From Mobula birostris (lineage: Eukaryota): a stretch of 64,000 nt of DNA. The stretch covers positions 31,835,097-31,899,096 of the forward strand of contig NC_092397.1 in the NCBI RefSeq assembly GCF_030028105.1. Reading direction: 5' to 3'. This document shows, one piece after another, positions 37,101-49,171 of this stretch; position 1 is the stretch's first letter, and each line of letters begins with the position of its first letter. The notes below the pieces were generated by a model. That model searched no databases and was not told the DNA's origin. It worked only from the letters and a program-made list of their open reading frames with translations. A program made the position numbers and the translations under genes.

Positions 37101-39610
37101 GAGTACAAGAGTTGAGAAGAAGTGTTGCAGATACACAAGTCTTCGGTGAGGACTGATTAAAGGAAACCATGCTGACTTTGGCCTATTTTTTCATGTGTTG
37201 CCAAGTACCCGAAAATACATCCTTGACAATTGACTCCATCATCTTCCCAACCACTGAGATCGGACTAGCTGGCCTATGATTTGCTTTCTTCTGCTTCTCT
37301 CTCTTTAAGAGTGGATGACCTTTGCAATTTTCCTGTTCTCTGGAACCACACCAGAATCCAGAGATTATGGAAAGATTATTACTAAAACTGCCACAATCTC
37401 TTCAGCCACATCTTTCATAGAACTGGTGTAGATAATCTGGTCCAAGGGAATTTTCTACCTTCAGACCTTTCAGTTTCCCAAGGACCATCTCCCTAGTAAA
37501 GGCAAAATCACTCATTTCTGCCCCGTTTCTCTTGAATTTCCAGCAGACTGCTAATATCGTCCCCAGTGAAGACTGATGCACAATACTTATTCAGATTGTC
37601 TGCCATTTTCCTGTACCCCATTACTACCTCTCCAGTAACATCTTCCAATGAACTAATATCTACTTTTGCCTCTCTTTTACACTTTGTATATCTGAAGAAA
37701 CTTTTGGTATCCTCTTTAATACCAGTGGCTAGCTTACCTTTGTATTCCAACTTTTCCCTCTCTTCATGACTTTTTTTGTTGCTTTTTGTTGGTTTTAAAA
37801 GTTGTAAATACTCTGAGAGTCAGGGACATCTCGGAGCAGATACAGAACAGGGGGATGGTGTTCATTCAGCCAGAGATGGTGATTCACATCGGTACCAATG
37901 GACAGGTAGAAAAGGGATGATGTCCCACAGAGAGTTAGGGAAGAAGTTATGGAGCAGAACCTGAAATGTTGTAATCTCCAGTTTACTCCTAGTGCCCTGT
38001 GGTGGTAGGGATACAAACAGAAAGTGAGAGCTAATGAATGTGTGGCTAAGGAGCTGATACAGGGACAGGGTTTCAGGATTACGGAACATTGGAACCTCTT
38101 CTGGTGCTGGGGTGACATTTACAAGAGGGATGGTTTGCAGTTTCAGTGGAGGGCGGTCAGGATCATGAAGTTCATTGCTGCACCCTATGAGGGTTGAAAC
38201 GAGATTGACAGGGGGATGTGAAACAGAACACTAGTCACTGAATGGAGAGATTGAAGCTAAGTTAGATGCCAGGCACAGCAATATGTAATGATGGATTTTG
38301 AGTCAAATCCACATCTGACCTGGAGTTTGTTTAAAGACCAGTGCAGTGTTTCAGGGCCAGTTTGTTCCAGTAAGAGGGAGGGTCAAGAATGGCAAGGTTC
38401 AGGAACCTTGGATGATGAGACAGGAAGTTAATTTAATCGAGGAGGAGGAAGAAGCATAAGTAAGGCTTAGGAAGCTAGAATCAAACAGGGTGTTTGAGGA
38501 CTATATTTAAAAAATAGGGGAACTCAAGAACATTCGGAGAGCTGGAAACAGTGATGAAAAATCTCTGGCAAGTAGGATTGAAGATAATCCCATTGTATTC
38601 CGTACATTCGTTGTGGTGAAAAGGATACCTAGGGCTGCACTTTGGGAGATCCAACATCAAGGGTGTGTACACAGTTAATGGCAGGAACATTAACAGTATT
38701 GACAAAGAGAAGGATGTCGAGGTTCAGAGACATCGGTTCCCTAAAACTGGGAGCACAGGTTGACAGGGAGGTGAAGTCGGTGTATGGCATGTTTACCTTC
38801 ATCAGGCAAGGCACTGAGTTCAAGCACCAGGACATGATGTTACAGGTTTATAAAATGCTGGTTAGGCCACATTGAGAGTATCGTGTTCAGTTCTGATCAC
38901 CTCATTATAGGAAGCATGTGGAGGGTTCGGAACAGGATGTCTGGAGGAGGTGTGCGCTGAGGAGAGGCTCGACATGCTGAAACTTTTTGCTTCTGGAGTG
39001 GCGTTGGCTCAGGAGAGATTTGATAGAAACCTGTGGAATTTTGTGGTCATAGTTGGTGTAGACAGCCAGTAATATTTTTCACAGAAGGCATGTATTTAAG
39101 CTCAGAGGAAGAAAGTGAAGAAAACAGATTGATGGAGACATGGAATGCACTGCCAGGGGTGGTGGCAGAGACAGAGAGCACAGGAGTATTTAAGGAAATC
39201 TTAGACAGTCACAAGTATATGTAGAGAAGGGCCAAAGGGCCACTCCTGTACTGTCCTTTGTTCTCTGAACAGCAGATGGCCCCTGGGCATGGATCCGTGC
39301 AGGAGACTGGGATATTATATCCCCAACACAAAAATGATTGTCGGAGGGGCAGGACCGGCAGCTCAGTTTCACAGTACAAATGCTACAGGTACGATGGAGT
39401 GGACGGGAGAGAAGAGAATGCAGAGATGTGTTTGACCAGGGAGAACATCTCAGTGGTACTTAAAGAAGACATCCCTGGGGATTGCTGCATCATGTATACT
39501 GGGACCGCCGCACTGCAAAAGGGTTGGTGGCGCAGAATTTATTCTGTGTGTCCAGTTTTATCAATCAGTATTTAGAAGTTCCTACTAGAGACAGGACAGA
39601 ACTGAACCTC
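31200..39610. mobile_element. dense mosaic of CR1-clade fragments
   Basis: Repeated decayed [8 protein letters not shown].VQFW / KFADD / LYHRPP / KSFFRY motifs on both strands. Confidence 0.7.
34011..34647 (-). mobile_element. young 5'-truncated CR1 insertion
   Basis: Open 185-aa frame ([21 protein letters not shown]...FFTQRVVNLWNSLP); (CATAGAAA)n tail; catagaaa on both sides (34003-34010 / 34648-34655). Confidence 0.9.
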
Positions 39611-39629
39611 CTTGTCGATCCACCCACCC

Positions 39630-39705
39630 CCTCCCTTTTCTTCCTGGCACAAACAAAAGTCTGTATCAGAGCGACCCACCGCCTCACAGAGGGAGCCGCG
39701 TCTCG
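39630..39705 (+). pseudogene. orphan H4 3'-end relic (decayed stem-loop plus HDE)
   Basis: 'gcacaaacaaaagtctgtatcagagcgacccaccgcctcacagagggagccg' aligns with the H4 3' end 'gcacgaaacaaaggctcttctaagagccacccaccgcctcacagacggagccg'; no H4 CDS upstream. Confidence 0.8.
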
Positions 39706-40250
39706 GGAGATCTGACCAAACTGACCCCGTCTTTGCAAATGTTCATTTATATTTCAGAGACCCAGGCGGACGAGATTTTCAGTAAATACTGTCAGTTCCA
39801 TACGGTAAATGTACTTTTGCAGATAAATGTAAAGCTGCAAATCAATATTGTTCTGTGAGGCGGTGGGAATTGCTCATGAAGCGATCAGTGGGACCGTCCA
39901 GGGTCAACCCGCAATGTGAAACCCAGACAACGCGGTTTCAGGTCATGAAGACCGGAATCGTTCAATGATCGGAGATTAAATTCACCCTCCGGGGGCTGAC
40001 TCTGAAAGTTAATTTCCCCGCCCCACAAGGGGAGAGAGCTCCATTCAGCCAGCAGAGAGGGGAAATGAGGCAGGGTGTAGCGGACCGCGTACTCTGCAGA
40101 CTTTTACCGATTTAATTCGCGGAAGAAACACGACGGAAGGAGAGAAAACGTTACCAGGGATGCCTCCGATCGGGGCCGTGTCAGATACACAGCCGAGTTA
40201 CTCCGAACGGTAATCACCCGCTGTTCAGCCCTTCCACAGACACTGTGAGT

Positions 40251-40266
40251 GGCTCTGAAAAGAGCC
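40251..40266 (-). terminator. histone 3' stem-loop (H2A)
   Basis: GGCTCT-TTTC-AGAGCC; HDE-like GGAAGGGCTG downstream. Confidence 0.95.
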
Positions 40267-40296
40267 TTTGGGTAAATAGGTTCAGTTTACGTCGCT

Positions 40297-40960
<664 letters not shown>

Positions 40961-41485
40961 GAAATTAAATCATTGCTGATCTGTTTGAGGACTGGGTCTT
41001 CGTATTTCACCCTGTTATTGAAACCGGGCACATTTAATGTAAGTGTAGTTGATAATGGAGTGTCTGGGAACTCAAATTTCTTTCAACTCGTAAAGGAACC
41101 GAGTAAAACTGACACTCAGCTTCTGCCCGGTGCTGGTCATTGTGTAAACGTTAGCAGGTTATGGACAAACGGCTCTTCTCAAACTGTGACCAGCGGCTAG
41201 TCTGCAATTTTTTTTAAAAAACTGTTCTATGAAAGAACCGTGAAGTCGTTCCGGCCTCGAATTAAAATGAGATTCAGAGAAGTTACCTAACTCCAAATAA
41301 TAAACTCCTGAACCCACAGCTAAAACAGCAACGGGAGTGGGAGGAATGTTAAACACCAGGATTATAGGGGGAAGATGAAGCGGATATTCCAACCGCTCTT
41401 TAGCTCCTGTAAAAGCCACCACACATAAAACGTGCGCCATGTATTGCCTAAATGCTAGTACAACTCTCTCAGTGAAATCGTGAGT

Positions 41486-41501
41486 GGCTCTTAAAAGAGC
41501 C
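41486..41501 (-). terminator. histone 3' stem-loop (H2B copy 1)
   Basis: GGCTCT-TTTA-AGAGCC; HDE-like GAGAGAGTTG. Confidence 0.95.
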
Positions 41502-41532
41502 GTTGTGTTTTCGATCATCTCACTGGGGAACT

Positions 41533-41907
41533 TTACTTGGAGCTGGTGTACTTGGTCACCGCCTTTGTCCCTTCGGAAACGGCGTGCTTGGCCAGCTCCC
41601 CGGGCAGCAGCAGGCGCACGGCGGTCTGGATCTCCCGTGAGGTGATGGTTGACCGCTTGTTGTAATGGGCCAGGCGTGAAGCCTCGCCCCCGATGCGCTC
41701 GAAGATGTCGTTGACGAATGAGTTCATGATGCTCATGGCCTTGGAGGAGATGCCAGTATCGGGGTGAACCTGCTTCATCACTTTGTAGATGTAGATGGAG
41801 TAACTCTCCTTCCTCAGCCTCTTGCGCTTCTTCCCTCCCTTACCGGCTGGTTTCGGCAGAGTTTTCTTGGCGCCCTTCTTCGGAGCGGGTTTCGCTGTCT
41901 CAGGCAT
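41533..41907 (-). CDS. H2B: histone H2B (copy 1, 124 aa)
   Basis: [15 protein letters not shown]...[13 protein letters not shown]...AVTKYTSSK; ATG at 41907. Confidence 0.98.
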   Translation of the reverse strand: MPETAKPAPKKGAKKTLPKPAGKGGKKRKRLRKESYSIYIYKVMKQVHPDTGISSKAMSIMNSFVNDIFERIGGEASRLAHYNKRSTITSREIQTAVRLLLPGELAKHAVSEGTKAVTKYTSSK

Positions 41908-41954
41908 TTCAGCTGACCGCTTCAGAACCACAAATCAGCAAAACGGACCCGGAG

Positions 41955-42095
41955 CACGAATTAAATAGGCAGCGCCCAGAGGTGTATGCTAATGAGGGAT
42001 GGGATGCCTAGGTTTCTCAATGGCTATTTGAAGTAACGTTCATGCAGTAAGATAATTTGATTGGATAGCTAAAGGAATTCGTTCAACCAATCAGA
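41955..42095 (-). promoter_or_regulatory. H2B promoter with octamer variant
   Basis: TATTTAA ~41961-41967; ATTAGCAT octamer-like (plus strand ATGCTAAT 41986-41993); CCAAT on both strands ~42058-42091. Confidence 0.75.
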
Positions 42096-42466
42096 ACTCG
42101 TTCTGCACTACCCAGTGTTCGTTTTGGGTAACCTCGTGGACAGGGACCTGTCGCCGATCTGGTGAGTTGCCGCTGCCGGTTAATTCCGCAGGAAGGAAAT
42201 CTAAAATACAAAATGGACCAACTACAGCGGCAGTATTCGGTCATTCGGCCCGTCGTATCTGCTAGAAAAGCAGATGGAATGAGGAAAACACACAGTTGAT
42301 AATATGAAACGTTTATGTAATGAAACAGGACAGCAGGAGACCGAAGGTCAAATGGACCAGGTGAAAGATAAATTCACTGCAGCAGCATCATAAACACATA
42401 GTATCCACGATACAGTGCTCACAAGAACTAAACTGCTGTACAGAATTGTAAAAAGAGAAGAGAATT

Positions 42467-42573
42467 AGCAGTTAGTCCTGACGAAGGGTCTCGGCCCAAA
42501 ATGTCGACTGTATCTCTTTCCCAGAGATGCTGCCTGGCCTGCTGCGTTCATCAGCAACTTTGATGTGTGTTGC
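42467..42573 (+). mobile_element. short PLE-derived insertion with decayed hammerhead motif
   Basis: AGTC-CTGACGA-AGGGTCTCGGCCC-AAAA-TG-TC-GACT at 42474-42509; TSD agagaatt (42459-42466 / 42574-42581). Confidence 0.75.
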
Positions 42574-42700
42574 AGAGAATTTGAACGAGTCTCAAGACAG
42601 TCCATTGCAGTGTAAATTGATCAAAGTGGTGCTGTCTTGAGGTGGGGAGGAGCGTTGTTGGGTTTTGTTAAAGTACGTAATGTCTGTACATTACGTACAG

Positions 42701-42880
42701 GGTTCATTCTGTACCCGTCAGCCTCTGGTACAGTGTGAGAGTGTGGAGTTCATTCTGTACCTGTCAGTCTCTGGTACAGTGTGAGAGTGTGGGGTTCATT
42801 CTGTACCCGTCAGCCTCTGGTACAGTGTGAGAGTGTGAGGTTCATTCTGTACCTGTCAGTCTCTGGTACAGCGTGGGAGT
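42701..42880. repeat. 46-bp tandem repeat x4 (A-B-A-B)
   Basis: GGTTCATTCTGTACC(C/T)GTCAG(C/T)CTCTGGTACAGTGTGAGAGTGTGG units at 42701, 42747, 42793, 42839. Confidence 0.95.
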
Positions 42881-42994
42881 TGGTACTTGGCACTGTGTCT
42901 CCCAGTCTCTCATGCAGTGTAAATGTAGAAACTTCTTTCAGATTCATCCTCACAACTGAATTATTTTTAGCTTTTTAAACAATATCACACAATG

Positions 42995-43427
42995 CGATGT
43001 GGCTACACATTTGTTGGAGGAACAACACCTTATGGGTGGCTTCCAACCTGACGGCATGAACATCGAACTCTCGCATTTCTGGTAATGCCTCCCACACCCC
43101 CCCCCCTTCACCATTTCCCATCATCTTGCCCACCCACCATCTCCCTCTGGTGCTCCTCTCCCCTTTTCTTTCTTCCATGGCCTCCTGTCTCTTTCACTAA
43201 TCAACTTCCCAGCCCCCTACAGGTTTCACACTCACCTTATTTTCTCTCTCCCCTTCCCCACCTTTTAAATCTACTCCTCAGATTTTCTCCTAAGTCCTGC
43301 CGAAGGGTTTTGTCCCAAAACAGTGGCTGTGTTTTTTTTCTATAGATGCTGCCTGACCCGCTGAGTTTGTTCAGCATTTGTGTGTGTGGCTTGGATTTCC
43401 AGCAACTGTAGATTTTCTCCTGTTTGT
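42995..43427 (+). mobile_element. Penelope-like element 3' fragment plus pLTR
   Basis: LEEQHL...QPDGMNIEL motif, then the pLTR repeat; acacaatgc direct repeat on both sides. Confidence 0.75.
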
Positions 43428-44710
43428 GACACAATGCTGCACATCAGTGTCTCAGTGATGATGTATCTGGTTACGTTGTACTAATCTGAATGGACTTTGG
43501 AGCAGAGCATCCAGAGTAACAAGCCCAGACCATTCAACCCAACTCTGGTCTTGTGATAAATGTGTAACTTTCCTCGAGTCTCGGTGTGGGAGGGTTTGAA
43601 TGGTGTGTATCGTGTAGCAACATTTGAACTGATAGAATTGAGAATGATTTTGACTGTAGATATGTAACCAGTGTGTCCACAGTGATCAGTGATGGGACCT
43701 TTGTTTGATCAGATTAAAACATACGTGGGCGGATCAGATCGCTGATGACATGAATATTGGTGCAGTTGTGGGTGGCGAGGAAGGTTGTCAAATGGACAGA
43801 AGTGGATATAGATCAATTGGAATCATGGATGGAGAAATGGGGGAAATGGATTTTAATCTGGACAAGTGTGAGGAGTTTTACAGGTAAAATGTCAGAAGAA
43901 ACTCCACAGTAAATGGCAGCACCCTTAGGAGCACTAATACACGAGAGAACTTGATGTGTTCCTCTGTATTATCTTGCAAGTGTCACTAAAAGGAAGTAAA
44001 CTGCTCGAAAGATCACAGAGCGGGAGCAGTAAGAGGATTCAGTGGGGGGTGGGGTCGCTGTAGGGTAATGTCATGGCTGGAAATGTGCGTAATTAATGAC
44101 CACTGACATTCTGTTGTGTTTCTCTTTTAGAAGCTGGACTGCTGTTATGATGTAAGTATGTGAAGTTTTTTTTTAAACTGTGCTTTATGTTTCTGTATTT
44201 GGAGGACAATAAATGAGTTATGGTTTTCCTGAAATAGAAAATGCCTCATGCCATTTTATTTGTAAAAGTCTTCACACTGCAAGAATACCGCAGTATCAAT
44301 CTGCACCAAGAAAACCTGATCACATTCTCTTGAGGGTTAATGGCATTGCTGACTCTGAGTCTACTACCGTCGAATGCCAGCAGGGTCACAATCAGCAGAA
44401 ACTCTCACAAAGCAGCTCTGTTTGTATTGTGTGCTTAGTAGGTCTGTGGGAGATACCCAGAATGTGAAGCTATAGTAATGGAGAGAGACACACTGAGCCA
44501 AGTCACAGCTTGATGGGCAGAGAGGAAAACAGAGAATTTGATGTTGTGTCCTTATGCCTGTACTATGTCCAGTTAGAAGTGTTGTTCCTCCGCACAGTGT
44601 TCAGCCTCACTGTAACAGTGTGACATCAGACATCAACATGAAAACCAAAATAATCTCAGCTGAGATGTATTCTCTTTCACCTGTTGATCATCTTTGCAAA
44701 CATTTTACAG

Positions 44711-45295
44711 GCAGAAAAGGCAAAGAATTTCTGTCTGAGAATCTCAAATGCAACAGCGTGTCACTTCTGCTGTGTCTGTCGGTTCCCCAGCATTTGAATG
44801 CTACCAATCACTGAATATGAAGGGGGAGATGGTTGAGAAGACAGCACACCAGAGTCCCAATACGTGGACTTGTCCATGGACTGACCTGATAAATGGCCAT
44901 AGAGTTGATAACAGTGAGTTGGCGTTCACCGCCTCTCATTTTGGAAGGGATTCACCAGGCCACTGCACCTGCAGATACACCAGCAAGTTCACACGGGGAG
45001 AGGCCATTCACCTGCTCCATGGCGGACGGGATTCATTCAGTCACAAGCTATTACAACACCAGCCAGTTCACACCGGTGAGCAGCTAGACTTGGCTCTGTT
45101 GTCTCTGTCTCTCAGTATAGCTTCACACCTGTTCCAAGTGTGGGAGGAGATTCATTCAGTTCACCCACCGTGTGAGGCTCCAGTGAGTTTACAATTCATA
45201 GAGGACACACTTCTGTCCTGAGTCAGCAAAGAAATTTACTCAAGTCATCCCACCTGCTGAAACACCAGCAACTTCACATCAGGGAGGAAGTTATA
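44711..45295 (+). pseudogene. C2H2 zinc-finger gene pseudogene (terminal exon)
   Basis: Frameshifted finger and linker remnants: GKGFT...HQQVHTG/ERPFTCS, HQPVHTGE, CSKCGRRF, QSSHLLKHQQLH; acceptor ttttacag ending at 44710. Confidence 0.78.
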
Positions 45296-46074
45296 AGAAG
45301 CTGTATATGGGACTGTTAATGTCAGATTCCACAGATATTGTGGCTGCTCATCAGACCCAGGACTGAACCCTGGTTACTGAGCATTGAGGGGGTTCATCCC
45401 ACCATCTTAAAATACACTGATGTTTAATATTGTGGATCTGTCATAGACAAATAGATCAATTCCATTTCAAATCCTGTGTCTCAGGTGCTTCCTCCCTGTC
45501 ACACTGATAATGAACAGTCGAGAGGCCACTCAGTCCAGCTGGTACCTGCTTGTGTTCCTATTGCACACCAGAGCTTTCAACCCCATCCCTGCCGTTCACC
45601 ACTAACTCACCCTATAATGTTCAGGATGTAACTGGTCACCGGTCTGGCGATGAAGAGGTTTACCTTGAATTCACTCCACGACTTTCTGTAAACTGCAGAG
45701 GATTAATTTACTGTGGTTTTCTCCCAAATATTCCTCATCCCTCACAGCTCTGGACCAAGGCTGAAGTCTTGTGTTGTTAAAATCTTCCTGTCCCACTCTA
45801 TTCATTGTTTTGTGTCATTTTCACTGATTTCGAAGGGCTGTGCCTCACACTGCCGGGCTGTTGCAATACAACACTCTCCTCTAAAGTACGACAGCAGAAT
45901 GGTGGAGCAGAAACAAGAGGGGTCAGCACAAATGAGGGCTTTGGAGCTCCAGATGTGATGGAGGCTCGAGTTTACGTAGAGTAGGAGGAGGGAATCAGAC
46001 CAGGAGGATGAGGCTGCAAATGAAAGTTCAGCAACATTTGGAAACTGATTGACTGAAAAAAGAGGTTTATGTTT

Positions 46075-46520
46075 GCAAAATACTGGAGGGACTCAGTGCC
46101 CCCCAGCAGCATCTGTGCAGACAAATAAATAGTTGATATTATGGGCCAAGACACTTCATCCTATCTAGACTGTTTATTCCTCTGTTTAGCTGCTGCCTGA
46201 CCTGCTGAGTTCCCGCAGTACTTTGTGTGTGTCACTTTACAGTTTATTCCCAGCATCTGCTGAACCTCGAGTTTCATATCTGCATTTCTAAATGAGTGGA
46301 ACTGTGACAGTTGTCATACAAAATGCTTGTTGACATTGAGTAATAAACAGGAGAAAATCTGCAGATGCTGGAAATCCAAGGAACACACACAAAATGCTGG
46401 AGAAACTCTGCAGGCCAGGCAGCATCTGTGGATAAAAGTACAGCTGACGTTTTGGGCCGAGATTCTTCAGCAGGACTGGAGAAAAAACAATGAGGAGTAA
46501 ATTTTAAAAGGTGGGGGAGG
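46075..46520. mobile_element. two PLE-derived pLTR fragments
   Basis: Same repeat family as 5413-5634 and 51195-51430. Confidence 0.65.
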
Positions 46521-46524
46521 GGAG

Positions 46525-47935
46525 AGAGAATTCTTAAATTCACACAAAGAAACTCTACATCACTAATACTATCATTGCTACAGCTGGTTTCCAACACATT
46601 AAGATATTCTTGTAAAACCTTATTGCTACATTGTTTAGTCTCTCCACCTATTTTGATTATGAATTGCAGCAAATGACCGAGCCAGGACTCAACCGTCTCT
46701 CCTTCAGGAACAATTGTATTACCTTCTTTAATCAATATTCGGAACCCTATGAATCCCACACCCCCATTTTCTTAGTCATTCCCCAAACATCTTCAAGTTT
46801 AATAGTCCTTCCAATACTTTCACAATATGACCTCCAGTAAATCTTTTTCACAAGCTTCATTACTTTCCTCACCACGGCCTGTGACCTGTTACACTTAATA
46901 TGATTACACGGAGAGTGATACTTCCTAACTTTCCGAAATGCCACGTTTCTCTCAGTAACTGCCTCTGCACACTCCTCCGTCCACCACGGTACAGCTTTTC
47001 TCCCACTACTGCACTTTTTAAATTGAATCTCTGCCACCACTATTTGATGAATAATGTCACAACGTTTCTTTGCAGAAATCCACATCATCCTCACCATTCA
47101 GCCCAGACAGACACTCAGCACATAAAACATTCAAACTTCTCCCAATTTGCTTTACCAGAGTTCCACATCCTAAAAGTGGCCTCATGCCCCCTATATAAAT
47201 CCAAACCCAAGCTTATAAACATAGGGAAACGATCACTCCCCAATGCTTCATCTCCCATGACATCCCACTACTCACTCCAATGTTCAAAACTAAAGTTAAA
47301 TTTACAGCATTTTCAGAACTATTATGAACATTAAATCTCGTACCTCTCCCACCATAAAGACTAACAGGATATGAAATATCTGAAACTCTTCTATAAACAA
47401 AATATTACCAATCTGAGAACAACCCCACAGTAAATTAACTATGTGTTAAAATCCCCACACCATACAACGCTTAGTGAGCTAGAGCTACGTATACTCTCCA
47501 ACAAATCAATCGGAAGCTTTCCACAATGGTTATAATAATACACAAACACGAGGAAATCTGCAGATGCTGGAATTTCAAGCAACACGCATAAAAGTTGCTG
47601 GTGAACGCAGCAGGCCAGGCAGCATCTCTAGGAAGAGGTACAGTCGACGTTATAATAATATACCACTTTATTGCCCCTACCTGTGGAATCAAATGTCTTC
47701 AAATGCCTCATACATTTCATTTACATCCACAACTTTATGGCCTCTCCCTCTCTTTAAAAAAAACTTGCAACACCACCTCCTCTATCAACTAATCTATCAC
47801 GCTTAATTACAATATAACACTGGAAGGAAGAACTTAAATGCGACAACAATCAGGTTTCCTGAATACATATAACATCACATAGATTTGATAAATCAGAAAT
47901 AAACGAAGTTTTGACCATTAGAAATCAGGCTTCTG
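46525..47935 (-). mobile_element. second I/Nimb-clade LINE fragment (ORF2 endonuclease region), with a PLE insertion at 47541-47650
   Basis: Homologous to 7120-8165 and 9185-9365 (KAVPWWTEECAEAVTERN vs KTAPWWMGECAERIRERN; IYWRSYCESIG vs VYWRSSCDSIG); PLE flanked by gttataataata (47529-47540 / 47649-47660). Confidence 0.82.
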
Positions 47936-47939
47936 AAAA

Positions 47940-48160
47940 TCGCCCTTCTGATGCAGGCGGGGCGGGAGGTGCGGAATGTAGTGGGGCGTTTATGATTGGT
48001 GAACCAGTGCCCATTCTGATTTGAAAGAGCAAATATTCCAATCACAGAGCTGCCTTATTCACCAATCAGACTGTAGAAGCGCGGAAAATACCGTCTAACC
48101 GCCGAAATAAACTGAAATTTGCAATACACCGCCAAAAAAGCCTTTGTTGCTGAAATTAAA
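47940..48160 (-). promoter_or_regulatory. orphan H2A-type promoter (H2A CDS absent)
   Basis: Aligns with 40780-40970 (tgattgg, ccaatc, tgcctta.tcaccaatca, agaagcgcgga, ccgccaaaaaa, ctgaaattaaa); no TATA or CDS downstream. Confidence 0.78.
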
Positions 48161-48743
48161 CCACAACAGGTTTGTTTGTCGGCTCTTTACCCCCGTTACT
48201 GGAGTCCGACACACTTAAACAAAGTGTAGTTAATATTGCGATGGTGTCTGAGAAATTAGTTCACCGATATCTTTCAATTGATAAACGATTGGAATAAAAC
48301 CGGTCCTCAGCTGCTGTTCGCGGTCGGTCATTGTGTAAACTCAAGTCAGTTTAGCAAGGGGTCACCCGTCAGAAAGTGGAGCTTTAACAAGTACTCTGAA
48401 CGACCCGTGACAGTGTTCAGCTCTTGCGTCGGAATGGGGTTAAGAGAAGTATCGAAAATGGGACAAAGCTTAATGAACCCACGGTATTTAAACCAGAAAC
48501 ATTAGCGTCCATGTCAGAGAAATCTGATGACCGAGAGGAAGCGACGGGGAAACGGGTGTGTAACGATTCCGTGTCTGGGCAGTTGGCAGGAATTAACAGA
48601 GAAATTGGGATTATACTGAGCAGCGGACAGCAAGTTCTGATTAACGGGGATAAGATTCTGAATGAGCATTTCAACAAAATATTCCAAATTTACCTCAATT
48701 CCATGTCTCAATATCGTGTAACTCTTTTAATGAAACCGTGAGT

Positions 48744-48759
48744 GGCTCTTAAAAGAGCC
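48744..48759 (-). terminator. histone 3' stem-loop (H2B copy 2)
   Basis: GGCTCT-TTTA-AGAGCC; HDE-like AAAAGAGTT. Confidence 0.95.
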
Positions 48760-48796
48760 TTTGATTTTCCGGTTTGTTTTGTCAGTGAACTTGTCT

Positions 48797-49171
48797 TCAC
48801 TTGGAGCTGGTGTACTTGGTCACCGCCTTTGTCCCTTCGGACACGGCGTGCTTGGCCAGCTCCCCGGGCAGCAGCAGCCGCACGGCGGTCTGGATCTCCC
48901 GGGAGCTGATGGTGGACCGCTTGTTGTAATGGGCCAGGCGGGAAGCCTCGCCGGCGATGCGCTCGAAAATATCGTTGACGAATGAATTCATGATGCTCAT
49001 GGCCTTGGAGGAGATGCCGGTGTCGGGGTGAACCTGCTTCATCACTTTGTAGATGTAGATGGCGTAAGTCTCCTTCCTCGACCTCTTGCGCTTCTTGCCA
49101 GTCTTGCTCGCTGGTTTGGACAAAGCTTTCTTGGCGCCCTTCTTGGGAGCGGGTTTCGCTGGATCAGGCAT
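48797..49171 (-). CDS. H2B: histone H2B (copy 2, 124 aa)
   Basis: [15 protein letters not shown]...AVTKYTSSK; ATG at 49171; TATTTAA and ATTAACAT (plus strand ATGTTAAT 49249-49256) upstream. Confidence 0.98.
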   Translation of the reverse strand: MPDPAKPAPKKGAKKALSKPASKTGKKRKRSRKETYAIYIYKVMKQVHPDTGISSKAMSIMNSFVNDIFERIAGEASRLAHYNKRSTISSREIQTAVRLLLPGELAKHAVSEGTKAVTKYTSSK

